This document shows positions 30,602 to 39,728 of a DNA stretch of 47,849 nt, one piece after another. The translations under genes were made by a program, and so were the position numbers. Numbering within the stretch: position 1 is the first letter of the stretch; every line of letters begins with the position of its first letter. A model generated the notes under the pieces. The model had not been told where the DNA came from. It saw only the letters and a program-made list of their open reading frames with translations, and did no database searches. This DNA is from a bacterium (GTDB lineage: Bacteria; Oederibacteriota; PGYV01; Palsa-1178), in the NCBI GenBank assembly GCA_037138355.1, contig JBAXIL010000010.1, positions 1 to 47,849 of the forward strand, written 5' to 3'.

Positions 30602-31438
30602 TTAATAAGTTAATGTATCCAAATTTTCTTTTTCAATTTGTTTCTTCATTCTCAAATCTGATGGCATAGGCAATTCTCTTGATTCCGTGGCCTTGTCATT
30701 TACCAAATCAGACTTCAATAAAATAATATCTACTCTACGATTTTTCATTCTGGTAATCTCATCTATATTTGGAACGAGTGGTTTAAACTCTCCGTATCCA
30801 GCTGCCGATAATCTATCAGGAGAAACGCCTTTTCTTATCATATATTTTAGAACATTAACGGCTCTTGCTGTTGATATATCCCAATTATCGCTATACTTTG
30901 ACTTTATTGACTTCTTTGCTACTTGAGAATCGTCAGTATGTCCTTCTATCACTATCGGATTAGTTTGCTGTTTTAAAAGCTCCGCTATATCCGATAATAT
31001 TTCTTTTGCTCTTGGTAGCAGTGCTACCTGTCCACTTTCAAATAATAGCTTATCTGTCATAACACTTATTACAAGTCCGCGTTCGTTAAAACGCAACTTG
31101 ATATCTCTTTCGAGTTTCTTTTGTAAAATCCATGTTTGTACTTTTTCTCTTGTCGTAGTAAGTTGAACTTGTGAAAGAGGCATTGTTACTGGTATTGTGT
31201 CTGTTGTTGCGGCTGCATTTAATACTGAAACCTGTCCAGACAAACCAAAGGCCTGTCCTAAAGCTACAGCGAGTGCCCTTGTTTTTGTTTCATCAACAAC
31301 TGACATAGAATATAGAATAACAAACAAAGCAAAAAGTAAGGTCAACATATCAGCGTATGTTAAAAGCCATCTCATCATACCGGCTGATTCCATCTCCATA
31401 CCTTCGCTGCCTAATTTTACTTTCCTTCTTTTTCCCAT
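30602..31438 (-). CDS. motB: Stator protein MotB
   Basis: WLLTYADMLTLLFALFV with the catalytic Asp; OmpA-like domain EGHTD..NWDIS..RA..NRRVDI. Confidence 0.95.
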   Translation of the reverse strand: MGKRRKVKLGSEGMEMESAGMMRWLLTYADMLTLLFALFVILYSMSVVDETKTRALAVALGQAFGLSGQVSVLNAAATTDTIPVTMPLSQVQLTTTREKVQTWILQKKLERDIKLRFNERGLVISVMTDKLLFESGQVALLPRAKEILSDIAELLKQQTNPIVIEGHTDDSQVAKKSIKSKYSDNWDISTARAVNVLKYMIRKGVSPDRLSAAGYGEFKPLVPNIDEITRMKNRRVDIILLKSDLVNDKATESRELPMPSDLRMKKQIEKENLDTLTY

Positions 31439-32263
31439 TTACGCAGCTCCTCCGCCGGAAGCTTCTTCTGTTTTTTGACCTTCTGTTTTCACAGCTTGTT
31501 CTTTTGGTGAAAGGAAGGCTTTAAGTTTTTCTTCTACGATTCTTGGATTGTCTCCTGCTGATATGGAAAGTATTCCTTCAATCATAACTTCGCGGATAAG
31601 AACTTCTTCCGCAGTTTTTGCTTTAAGTTTGAACGATATAGGAAGGAATATTAAGTTTGCAAAACCGATACCATAAAATGTTGCGATAAAAGCAACTGCT
31701 ATCGCGCCAGCAACTTTACTTGCATTTTCAAGTGAACCTAAAGCATTAACCAGTCCCATAACAGTTCCGATAATACCCAAGGTTGGCGAAAAGCCACCAA
31801 GTGTTCCGAACAATCCTTCACCCATTTTATGTCTGGTTTCAAGAAAGGATAAATCCGTTTCAAGAATACTTCTTACTAATTCAATATCAGTACCATCAAC
31901 AACAAGTTGAATTCCTTTTTTTAAAAAATTATCATTTACAAGATTTATTTCATCTTCCAAACCAAGCAAACCTTCTCTTCTGGCTTTTGTAGCAAAACCT
32001 ACAAGAGTCTGAATAACATCAGCTGCCTTCATTTCTCTTTTTATAAAAGCTTGTTTAGCAACATTAAAGAAATTAGTAACTACTTCCCACGGATAACTGA
32101 TAATTGTAGCACCAACAGTTCCTCCGATTACTATGAAGAAAGCTGAAAGCTGAAAAAACATAAATACAACGCTTAAATTGCCGTCGGATTCCATTAACAA
32201 TGCGAGTAATACTGAACCCCATCCAACTACGAGTCCTATGATCGTTGATAAATCTAATGCCAC
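31439..32263 (-). CDS. motA: Stator protein MotA
   Basis: ARREGLLGLE, VVDG, PTLGIIGTVMGL, AFIATFYG, GDNPR. Confidence 0.96.
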   Translation of the reverse strand: MALDLSTIIGLVVGWGSVLLALLMESDGNLSVVFMFFQLSAFFIVIGGTVGATIISYPWEVVTNFFNVAKQAFIKREMKAADVIQTLVGFATKARREGLLGLEDEINLVNDNFLKKGIQLVVDGTDIELVRSILETDLSFLETRHKMGEGLFGTLGGFSPTLGIIGTVMGLVNALGSLENASKVAGAIAVAFIATFYGIGFANLIFLPISFKLKAKTAEEVLIREVMIEGILSISAGDNPRIVEEKLKAFLSPKEQAVKTEGQKTEEASGGGAA

Positions 32264-32287
32264 AAATACACCCCCTGATTAAAGGAA

Positions 32288-32488
32288 TTAGTTTTCTTTT
32301 ATTATCGGTAAATTCAATTCTTTTTTATACTTTTTAACAAGAGCTACTATCTCATCTATCTTTTCTTTTACCACAAATTTCTTACCTGTCGTCATTGTAA
32401 TCATAGTTTCTGGTGTTTCTTCTATAAATTCAATAAGTTCAGCATTAACAACAATTTTTTGACTATTTAACTTTGTAATAAATATCAT
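32288..32488 (-). CDS. flbD: FlbD/SwrD family flagellar protein
   Basis: MI..TKLN...VVNAELIEFIEETPET.IT..TG.K..VKE. Confidence 0.92.
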   Translation of the reverse strand: MIFITKLNSQKIVVNAELIEFIEETPETMITMTTGKKFVVKEKIDEIVALVKKYKKELNLPIIKEN

Positions 32489-32517
32489 TATTATAATTCT
32501 CCTGAAAAAGTAAACCC

Positions 32518-32546
32518 ATTTTACAATTATTCCCCTTTGTTGTCAA
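32518..32546 (-). promoter_or_regulatory. sigma70 promoter for the flbD-motAB-fliL... transcript
   Basis: Minus strand TTGACA-17 nt-TAAAAT, about 30 nt upstream of flbD and downstream of the flgE terminator. Confidence 0.7.
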
Positions 32547-32750
32547 TAAGAAAATATTTTAAAATAGAGTTTCATTATTGAGCCACCTGTTTTAGAAATG
32601 CATATTATGTCATATTACTATAAAGCAGAAGCAATTTCATAGTATTTCAAAAATTCGCCTTATAAAAAAAGCTAATATCTAATTTTTTTTGGTTTTTAAT
32701 ATAAAATAATTAAAATTATATTTAACAATATACTTGTCTTAACCTAAAAC

Positions 32751-32785
32751 AAAAAAGCCCGGTGAAAATCCACCGGGCTTTTTTT
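32751..32785. terminator. Intrinsic terminator after flgE (bidirectional geometry)
   Basis: AAAAAAGCCCGGTG-aaaatc-CACCGGGCTTTTTTT: perfect GC stem with a U-tract on both strands. Confidence 0.92.
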
Positions 32786-32807
32786 ATAAAACTCTAATTA
32801 ACAGCTA

Positions 32808-34349
32808 TTATCTTCCGAGCTGTACGAGTGTATCTAACATCTGTGAAGAAGTCGTCACGATTCTCGCATTCGATTCAAAACCTCTCTGAGCGATTATCAT
32901 GTTTGTTAACTCTACGGATAAATCAACATTTGAAGCTTCGAGTGATCCACCTGTAGTTGTTCCAAGACCAGCATTACCTGCTGTTGAAATCTGTGCATTA
33001 CCTGAGTTAGCTGACTGCATAAACATTGTTCCGCCAACTTTTGTCAAACCTTCCTGATTTGCGAAGTTTGCCATACCAAGTTTTGCCATAGTGATAATCT
33101 GGTTGTTGCTGAACTGGCAATTAATTCCGCCTGTTTTGTCAATAGATACTCCTGTGAGAGTACCTTCTGTATAGCCATCAACTGCTGCAGTGTAAAGTGT
33201 CTGCTTCGGTATATAGTTTCCTGTTGCTGCGTCAATTGTACCGCTTCCGAAGTCGCCTGTGATTCCAGTACGATCTCCGACAACTACTGGAGGTCCTATT
33301 GCATTAGGTGTCCCCATAAATACTGAAATAGTCTGAGGTGTTAAAGCTCCGTTAGTTAATGCAAGAGTAATCTGTGGAGTTGTTGCACCTGCTGTTGCGC
33401 CTGTCCATGTACCTATTGATGCAAGTGAGCCATCTGAATTAAATGTTACTGCTGTTAAATTATTTCCTACATTTACTGCTTCTCCTGCTACTGCAATACC
33501 ACCATTAGGAATAGCTAACTGTCCGTTTGATCCGGTATCATAAGCTGACCAGTTCCAGCTTGGTGCTGCTGCAGGTGTGTTTGCTGTCTGTGTCCACAAG
33601 AAAGTAATTACATGTGTGTTTCCAAGTGAATCAAAAACTGTTGCTGATGTTTGAGCACTTGCTGTATAACCCGCAACTGGATACAATGCGCCTGGTCCTA
33701 CAGAAGGAACTCCACCAACTGTATTCTGAGGTGTCATTGAATCAAGGTTGCCTTTTAAAAATATACCTGAATCAGTTACATTAGCTGTGATATTTATATC
33801 GCCTGTTGCTTTTGGTCCGAGAACTAAGTTCTGTGGTATTACGATATTACCAACAGGTGTATTGGTATTGAGTGTATCCGCAACCGCAACCATTGGAACT
33901 GCTAATGCAGGTGTAGCAACAAACTGACGCTGCCAACCCTGTACAAGTGCTCCACTTGATGTAACCATATTACCGCTATTATCAAATGTAAAGTTTCCTG
34001 CGCGTGTGTACAATGTCTGATCGCCAGATTTTGCAATGAAGAAACCTTTTCCATCAATTGCGACATCTGTTGAATTACCAGTTGTCTGAATAGCACCCTG
34101 AGTCATAACTGTATCTATGCTTCCGAGTGATGAACCAAGTCCCATCTGTGACGGATTGATACCGCCGAGATTTTCGCTTGAGTTTGCGCCAGATGCTGCG
34201 CCCATTGATTGTGATATTGCTTCTTTAAAAGTTATTCTTGATTCCTTGTATCCAACTGTGTTTACATTTGAAATGTTGTTTCCTATTACATTCATCCATG
34301 TTGTGTGATTCTTGAGTCCTGAAATCGAAGAGAAAAGTGATCCCATCAT
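32808..34349 (-). CDS. flgE: Flagellar hook protein FlgE
   Basis: SGL..H...M.VIGNNISNVNTVGYK, D.AIDG.GFF, YTRAGNF, LEASNVDLS.ELT.MI.AQRGF..N. Confidence 0.96.
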   Translation of the reverse strand: MMGSLFSSISGLKNHTTWMNVIGNNISNVNTVGYKESRITFKEAISQSMGAASGANSSENLGGINPSQMGLGSSLGSIDTVMTQGAIQTTGNSTDVAIDGKGFFIAKSGDQTLYTRAGNFTFDNSGNMVTSSGALVQGWQRQFVATPALAVPMVAVADTLNTNTPVGNIVIPQNLVLGPKATGDINITANVTDSGIFLKGNLDSMTPQNTVGGVPSVGPGALYPVAGYTASAQTSATVFDSLGNTHVITFLWTQTANTPAAAPSWNWSAYDTGSNGQLAIPNGGIAVAGEAVNVGNNLTAVTFNSDGSLASIGTWTGATAGATTPQITLALTNGALTPQTISVFMGTPNAIGPPVVVGDRTGITGDFGSGTIDAATGNYIPKQTLYTAAVDGYTEGTLTGVSIDKTGGINCQFSNNQIITMAKLGMANFANQEGLTKVGGTMFMQSANSGNAQISTAGNAGLGTTTGGSLEASNVDLSVELTNMIIAQRGFESNARIVTTSSQMLDTLVQLGR

Positions 34350-34380
34350 GTTAAGCCACGCTCCTATTTTTTTTGTTTTT

Positions 34381-34447
34381 CAACTGTGCATTATACACAG
34401 TTGTGATGGAGGCTTCCTCTTTACATATAGTAAAGAAGTCCGGCCTC
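34381..34447 (-). promoter_or_regulatory. Structured flgE leader: YGGA/AA internal-loop stem-loop (34409-34447) plus a second hairpin (34381-34403)
   Basis: GAGGC-CGGA-CTTCTTTAC-TATAT-GTAAAGAGG-AA-GCCTC, then CAACTGTG-7 nt-CACAGTTG. Confidence 0.7.
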
Positions 34448-34469
34448 TTATTACCGCTCCCTAATCTAC

Positions 34470-34871
34470 TCACGCAAAAACCGCACTGTCAATATTGGTG
34501 AAGACATTTTCCTTCATTCCAGTTTTGTCAACTGCGGTAATAACGGTGTTGTTCTTAACGCTTACTATAAGGGAGAAATTATCAAAGATCATAAGCGTTT
34601 CGTTCGAGCCTTTTTCCTTTGCCTTTAATAACGCATCTTTTAACCTCTGCATAATCTCGGGGGTTAGCTCTATGTCTCTTGAAGCGAGCCTTTTCTCCGC
34701 GTGTGAGGAAAATTTAATGTCGGTATCTTTGGCAGCTACTGTAACATTTAAAACCTGCTTAAAAGACGGTGTTCCTGGCGTAACATTATTAGCAACATTT
34801 TGCTGTATGCGTTGTGCTTCCTGCAGCTGTGATAACTTTTGAATCTGGCTGTTGCTTACGTTATTTACCAT
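34470..34871 (-). CDS. Flagellar operon protein, TIGR02530 family
   Basis: IKFSSHAEKRL..R.I, LIVSVKNNTVITAVD, ENVFTNIDSAV; typical flgD-X-flgE position. Confidence 0.92.
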   Translation of the reverse strand: MVNNVSNSQIQKLSQLQEAQRIQQNVANNVTPGTPSFKQVLNVTVAAKDTDIKFSSHAEKRLASRDIELTPEIMQRLKDALLKAKEKGSNETLMIFDNFSLIVSVKNNTVITAVDKTGMKENVFTNIDSAVFA

Positions 34872-34884
34872 ATTTCACCGCCTT

Positions 34885-35376
34885 TTACGCCCTAATCTCT
34901 TTAATACTCGCAAGTCCGTATTCAATACCGTTTACAACGACCTTGGGCTGGCCGTTAACAAACTTGACGATTGAAACTGTTCCTGTTACATCTGGTCCTG
35001 CTACTACTGTTCCGCTGCTGTCAGTGACAGAAGTTGAGATTGCTACTGTCTTACCGATTAAACCAGCCGCCTGAGTAGTATTTTGCATCATAATCAACGA
35101 CACTATATTGGTATTTAAATCTGATAAAGCTGCTGCCGAAGCTGTAGATGTAGAATTCATATTCTGCATCTGTTCAAGAGTCGAATACTGCGCCATTTCA
35201 GATGTAAAATTCGAATCTGAAACTGGATTTGTCGGATCCTGATACTTAAGCTTCGTAATTAACATCTGCAAAAAGTCCGTCTTACCCATAGTGGAGTTCG
35301 GATTACTAATCTGATCCGAAGATGCCGTTTTTGGTGTGTAAGCACTGTTACTTGGTGTTAACGCTGAAACCGTCAT
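34885..35376 (-). CDS. flgD: Hook capping protein FlgD (short type)
   Basis: [21 protein letters not shown]....F...[17 protein letters not shown]. Confidence 0.94.
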   Translation of the reverse strand: MTVSALTPSNSAYTPKTASSDQISNPNSTMGKTDFLQMLITKLKYQDPTNPVSDSNFTSEMAQYSTLEQMQNMNSTSTASAAALSDLNTNIVSLIMMQNTTQAAGLIGKTVAISTSVTDSSGTVVAGPDVTGTVSIVKFVNGQPKVVVNGIEYGLASIKEIRA

Positions 35377-35398
35377 TAATGTTCACCTCCTCTCAATT

Positions 35399-37783
35399 TT
35401 AAGCTAAATAATTAAAGTAGCCATTGGCATTGACGAACGATTCAATACCAATTTCTATATTTTCTACGGGCATATTATGCGCCGGATTCTGCCATTGTGT
35501 AAAATTATTTCTGCCATTGTCCTGAAATGCCGCACCGGTATTTGAATTTGACATTGATATATCAAGATTACTAACTGCCACACCAATATTACTCAAGGCA
35601 GTACGAAGTTCAGGAAGATTTGCTCTTAATGTTTCTCTAACTGCGTCATTAGTTACCATGATGCTTCCCTTTATCTCTCCGCCACCATGTTCGAGTTTTA
35701 TATAAACACTTCCGAGATTCTCGGGTTTTAAAACCATTTTGATTTCATTAATCTGTGGGGCTTTGGCTGAATCATTGATATTAGAAACAACCTGCCTCAC
35801 TACTATCTGTTCTTTAATTGAGGCAACGAATTCAGCAACTCTATCAAATAATATTTGTTTGTCATTAACCAAAGCAGCAGCCTCATTACTTAAAGCTGCT
35901 GGCTTGATAATATTATCTGCTATCCAACGAACATCAGAAATAATATTTTTAGGAGTTGCATCTTGTTTAATCTCAACAAATTTTTCAAAAGTAGCTTTTG
36001 AAATTGTTTGAACGGCTTCTGCAGTTACAGCAGAAACAGTTTTTACTGGGATAGCTGTATTTATCGATACATTACTATCAGTTTGTGTTTTTGTAGCTAC
36101 GAGTTGAGGTTGTACCGTCACAGATTGTAAAATACTTGTTGTTACACTATTTGTTTGAGTATTAGTATCAGCAGTTGCTATCGCCATCTGTGGAACTGAA
36201 ACTACTATTTCCTGCGCCGCTTTGAGCTGTTGGAAAGACGGTGTATTGACTGCCATTTCCAAAGCTATATCTGGTCTAACTACATATACAGGTTTATTTA
36301 CTACACTAATAGTGCCATCAAGTGAGTTTAAAAGATTAACTATTTTTTCCATTGTATTATTAAAATCCTGAGTCTGATTTGAAGTAGTAATAGCGTATTT
36401 ATATTCAGAAAAATTAGTTTGATTAGGAGTTGACAATATTACATTATTTACTTCTTTGGAATTATTTGTCTGTATTGCTATAGGCTGCGGTGTAGCAGTT
36501 GCAATAACTGGTTGAACTGACGCAAGAACATTATTAAAACTAATTGAAATTTCAGAAATAGTTTCTTTAAGTAAATCTAACTGGACTTTATTTAAAGTGC
36601 CTGAAGCCAATATGCTTTTAATATCATCAATTTTCGTTTTTATAATTTGAATCTCTGCGTTCACATCATTTTGTAAAGGTACTATCGGGGCATTAACATT
36701 TGGTAAAATAACTTTTGGAACTGAAAAAGAGTTCAAAATATTATCAAGCTGATTAGTTAAATTTGCCAACTGACTCAAAATAACATTTTTATCATTTACA
36801 GGAGCAGTTATTACTTTATTTGCAACTTCTGGTGTTAAAGGCTTTTCTGTTGATAACACGACAGGCGTAAATGGTGTTTGCTCAACATTGTTTTGTGAGA
36901 GTACTGCAACAGTATTTGATAAATCTACAGGAACACTAATTGGTAGCACAACTGGTAAGTTATCAACTGGTTTAACAATATTCTGACTTAAATTAAGTAT
37001 TTTTTCTGTAGGCAGTATATTTATAATTGCTGGTGGTAGCGGTGCAACTGTTGGTTGAACTACTGTTACTGGCAGTGAAGTTACTGCCTCTATTGGTGGA
37101 ACTACTACCGAAGTTACAGGACTCGAAATCTTCGGAAGTATTTCTAATGGTTCATTAGCAAAAATTAAATTCTTATCCTGTGGAATAATTATTTTTGCTG
37201 TTGTGTCTGGCTCTATTATTGTGGCAGCTGCTATAACAGGTGTGGTAATAACTGAATTTACATTTGACACAGGAACTTCTATAGCTACTTTTACTGGCGT
37301 ATTACCTGTTGTAATTGAAGAAGATAATTTATTATCAGGAATAAGTAAAGCTGACTCTGTAGGTATTTTTGGAATATTAAGTGCTGCACCATTCAATACG
37401 ATCTCAATTGCAGTTGCCTTAAGTGCTTTAACAAATATTGTTCTCTCTGCTGATGAAAGATTATTATTTTGCATAATACTTGAAACTATCATGTCATTAG
37501 ATATTGCTGCATTATCAAGCGTTACTATTTTACCTATATCACCATTTAAATTAATAATTGTTGCTGCCTGATATAATGCTGATTTGATTTTTTCGTTCGA
37601 AGAAGCGTCAACACCAAGTTGCAAATTTTCTTTTGAAGCTTCTGTAGTTAATAGATTTGAAATGACGTCTTTAAAATTATTTGATTCAGGAGTTATTGCA
37701 GAAGTATTTGAAGTTGTGCTACCAATAAGCGCAGGCATACCTATAGAAGCTATAATATTCGCACTTAAAATTGGATTGACCAC
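35399..37783 (-). CDS. fliK: Hook-length control protein FliK (794 aa)
   Basis: Low-complexity P/T/V/N-rich N-terminal region; C-terminal LKPENLGSV.I..V.E.L..NLPELR..L...G; directly upstream of flgD. Confidence 0.9.
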   Translation of the reverse strand: MVNPILSANIIASIGMPALIGSTTSNTSAITPESNNFKDVISNLLTTEASKENLQLGVDASSNEKIKSALYQAATIINLNGDIGKIVTLDNAAISNDMIVSSIMQNNNLSSAERTIFVKALKATAIEIVLNGAALNIPKIPTESALLIPDNKLSSSITTGNTPVKVAIEVPVSNVNSVITTPVIAAATIIEPDTTAKIIIPQDKNLIFANEPLEILPKISSPVTSVVVPPIEAVTSLPVTVVQPTVAPLPPAIINILPTEKILNLSQNIVKPVDNLPVVLPISVPVDLSNTVAVLSQNNVEQTPFTPVVLSTEKPLTPEVANKVITAPVNDKNVILSQLANLTNQLDNILNSFSVPKVILPNVNAPIVPLQNDVNAEIQIIKTKIDDIKSILASGTLNKVQLDLLKETISEISISFNNVLASVQPVIATATPQPIAIQTNNSKEVNNVILSTPNQTNFSEYKYAITTSNQTQDFNNTMEKIVNLLNSLDGTISVVNKPVYVVRPDIALEMAVNTPSFQQLKAAQEIVVSVPQMAIATADTNTQTNSVTTSILQSVTVQPQLVATKTQTDSNVSINTAIPVKTVSAVTAEAVQTISKATFEKFVEIKQDATPKNIISDVRWIADNIIKPAALSNEAAALVNDKQILFDRVAEFVASIKEQIVVRQVVSNINDSAKAPQINEIKMVLKPENLGSVYIKLEHGGGEIKGSIMVTNDAVRETLRANLPELRTALSNIGVAVSNLDISMSNSNTGAAFQDNGRNNFTQWQNPAHNMPVENIEIGIESFVNANGYFNYLA

Positions 37784-37798
37784 AATCTAATCCTCCGT

Positions 37799-37852
37799 AC
37801 TTCAGGCCTTCCTTGCGGTCCAGGCCATCAGTCTCACGGGCATTCGGCCCGT
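37799..37852 (-). promoter_or_regulatory. Structured fliK 5' leader: GC hairpin (37836-37852) plus YGGA/AA internal-loop stem-loop (37799-37832) next to the SD
   Basis: ACGGGC-CGAAT-GCCCGT, then ACT-GAT-GGCC-TGGA-CC-GCAA-GG-AA-GGCC-TGA-AGT, then GGAGGA SD. Confidence 0.7.
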
Positions 37853-37889
37853 TTAAAACTAATATAAAAACATAATTCTAATTAATGTG

Positions 37890-37918
37890 ATTATACAATA
37901 CCCTATCCTCACTGTCAA
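37890..37918 (-). promoter_or_regulatory. Consensus sigma70 promoter for fliK-flgD-TIGR02530-flgE
   Basis: Minus strand TTGACA-17 nt-TATAAT, perfect consensus. Confidence 0.85.
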
Positions 37919-37958
37919 GAACTATTTTGTCAGGGTTTTCTATGATTCCAGTATGTAC

Positions 37959-38414
37959 CTAATAACTTTTCTGTTCCTTGCGATTAAACTTTGATACAGC
38001 CATCTCATCGAGGGCTTTTTGCTCGTTTTGAACAACCAAACGCTTAAACTCATCAAACTGCTTAGCTTTAAGCTTTTCAAAGACCTTCTTTTCCCTGCTG
38101 GCTTCTACAACTTCTTCCCTCTTTTTATCTGCCTTCTTTTCAAGAGCTTTTATGCTTTTTTTAGTATCGTCTATTTTCTTCAATAAAACTGCCAAATATT
38201 GCTCAAAATACCTTAAGCTCTGAATATCCGTACCTTTCTTATTCTCAACTGCTTTTTCTTGAGATATTTTCACTCTTTGCTGCTTCACTTCATCTAATAA
38301 TTGCTCTTCCTGCAACTTTAAAGCCTGCAGTTTCATAAGTTCGTGTCTTAATAACTCTTCTTTTCTTTCCTTAACATTAAGAACAGTTTCAAGCTTAAAA
38401 ATAAACTTTTTCAT
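37959..38414 (-). CDS. fliJ: Flagellar export protein FliJ
   Basis: MKKFIFKLETVL..KE..E, EKKVFEKLK, EQKALDE.A; follows fliI. Confidence 0.92.
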   Translation of the reverse strand: MKKFIFKLETVLNVKERKEELLRHELMKLQALKLQEEQLLDEVKQQRVKISQEKAVENKKGTDIQSLRYFEQYLAVLLKKIDDTKKSIKALEKKADKKREEVVEASREKKVFEKLKAKQFDEFKRLVVQNEQKALDEMAVSKFNRKEQKSY

Positions 38415-39724
38415 TTAAACAATCTTTCAAGAGTTTCTACTGTTTGACCATAATCTGCTTTTTCTTCAATTTCCTGCTTTAAAAACTTTCTAACACTTGC
38501 TATTTTTTCAATAGCATAATCTATGGACGAATTTGAACCTTTTACATAAGCACCTATATTAATAAGATCCTCTGCATTTTTATAGGTTGAAATTGTTTCT
38601 TTAAGTCTATTTGCTGATTGTTTATGTTGTGGAGTAGTAATGTCTATCATGCAACGAGAAACTGATTCTAAAATATCAACAGGCGGATATTGATTTTGTG
38701 CCGCGAGCTGTCTTGATAAAACTACATGCCCATCAAGTATCGCTCTTACTGAATCTGATATAGGTTCGTTCATATCATCTGCTTCTACTAAGACTGTATA
38801 TAAACCAGTTATCGCGCCTTCTTTTGGAGTTGTTCCTGCTCTTTCTAAAAGTTTTGGAAGTAGTCCAAAAACGGAGGACGTATATCCTTTAGTTGTAGGT
38901 GGCTCACCTATTGCTAAACCAATCTCTCTTTGAGCCATTGCAAATCTGGTAACTGAATCCATCATAAGCATTACATTATATCCCTTGTCCCGAAAATATT
39001 CAGCAATTGAAGTTGCTACAAATGCACCCATTCTGCGTATCAGTGCTGGTTGATCAGAAGTTGCAGCAATAACAACAGAGCGCTTTAAGCCTTCTTTTTT
39101 TAAATCTTTTTCTATAAAGTCGCGAACTTCGCGTCCTCTTTCACCTATGAGAGCAATAACATTAATATCAGCACTTGTATTGCGAGCTATCATACCGAGG
39201 GTTGTAGATTTTCCAACTCCCGAACCTGAAAATATTCCCATTCTCTGACCTTTACCTATTGTCAATGCTCCGTCTATAGAACGAATACCAGTAGCAACAG
39301 GAAATTCAACTTTTTTTCTTGAGATCGGATCAGAGGGTTTATTATAAACCGAATAATATTCTTTTGTCTTAAGCGGACCTTTATCATCTATAGGTCTACC
39401 CAAGCCATCAACGACTCTACCAAGTAGCTGCAAACCAACTGGAACTTTAAACTCTTCATTCGTAGCAATAACTTTTGCCCCTGGACCTATACCGCGCAAA
39501 TCTCCTAAAGGCATAAGCAAAGCTTTACCTTCTTTAAAACCAACTATCTCTGCATCTATTGTGACTTCTTCATTACGAGATATAATTTTACACATTTCGC
39601 CAATAGATGATTTTAGTCCAGAAGCTTCCAAAACAAGTCCAATAATTTGTGTGACCTTACCGCTTGTTTTAAGAAGGTTTATTTTTTGAAGTTTTTCATG
39701 ATACTTAGCCAGATTAATACTCAT
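38411..39724 (-). CDS. fliI: Flagellar export ATPase FliI
   Basis: GQRMGIFSGSGVGKST, IGERGREV, MDSVTRFAMAQREIG, ILDGH. Confidence 0.97.
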   Translation of the reverse strand: MSINLAKYHEKLQKINLLKTSGKVTQIIGLVLEASGLKSSIGEMCKIISRNEEVTIDAEIVGFKEGKALLMPLGDLRGIGPGAKVIATNEEFKVPVGLQLLGRVVDGLGRPIDDKGPLKTKEYYSVYNKPSDPISRKKVEFPVATGIRSIDGALTIGKGQRMGIFSGSGVGKSTTLGMIARNTSADINVIALIGERGREVRDFIEKDLKKEGLKRSVVIAATSDQPALIRRMGAFVATSIAEYFRDKGYNVMLMMDSVTRFAMAQREIGLAIGEPPTTKGYTSSVFGLLPKLLERAGTTPKEGAITGLYTVLVEADDMNEPISDSVRAILDGHVVLSRQLAAQNQYPPVDILESVSRCMIDITTPQHKQSANRLKETISTYKNAEDLINIGAYVKGSNSSIDYAIEKIASVRKFLKQEIEEKADYGQTVETLERLFK

Positions 39725-39728
39725 ATGT

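Noticed and set aside
34366..34403. Hairpin before flgE as an intrinsic terminator
   Set aside because: On the coding strand it is followed by A's, and on the other strand the T-run precedes the stem.
37799..37860. c-di-GMP-I or -II riboswitch in the fliK leader
   Set aside because: By eye it lacks the GEMM consensus (GGCAAACC..GAAA..GACGCAAAG) and the class II GGGCAC/GUGC pseudoknot. A covariance search is still needed.
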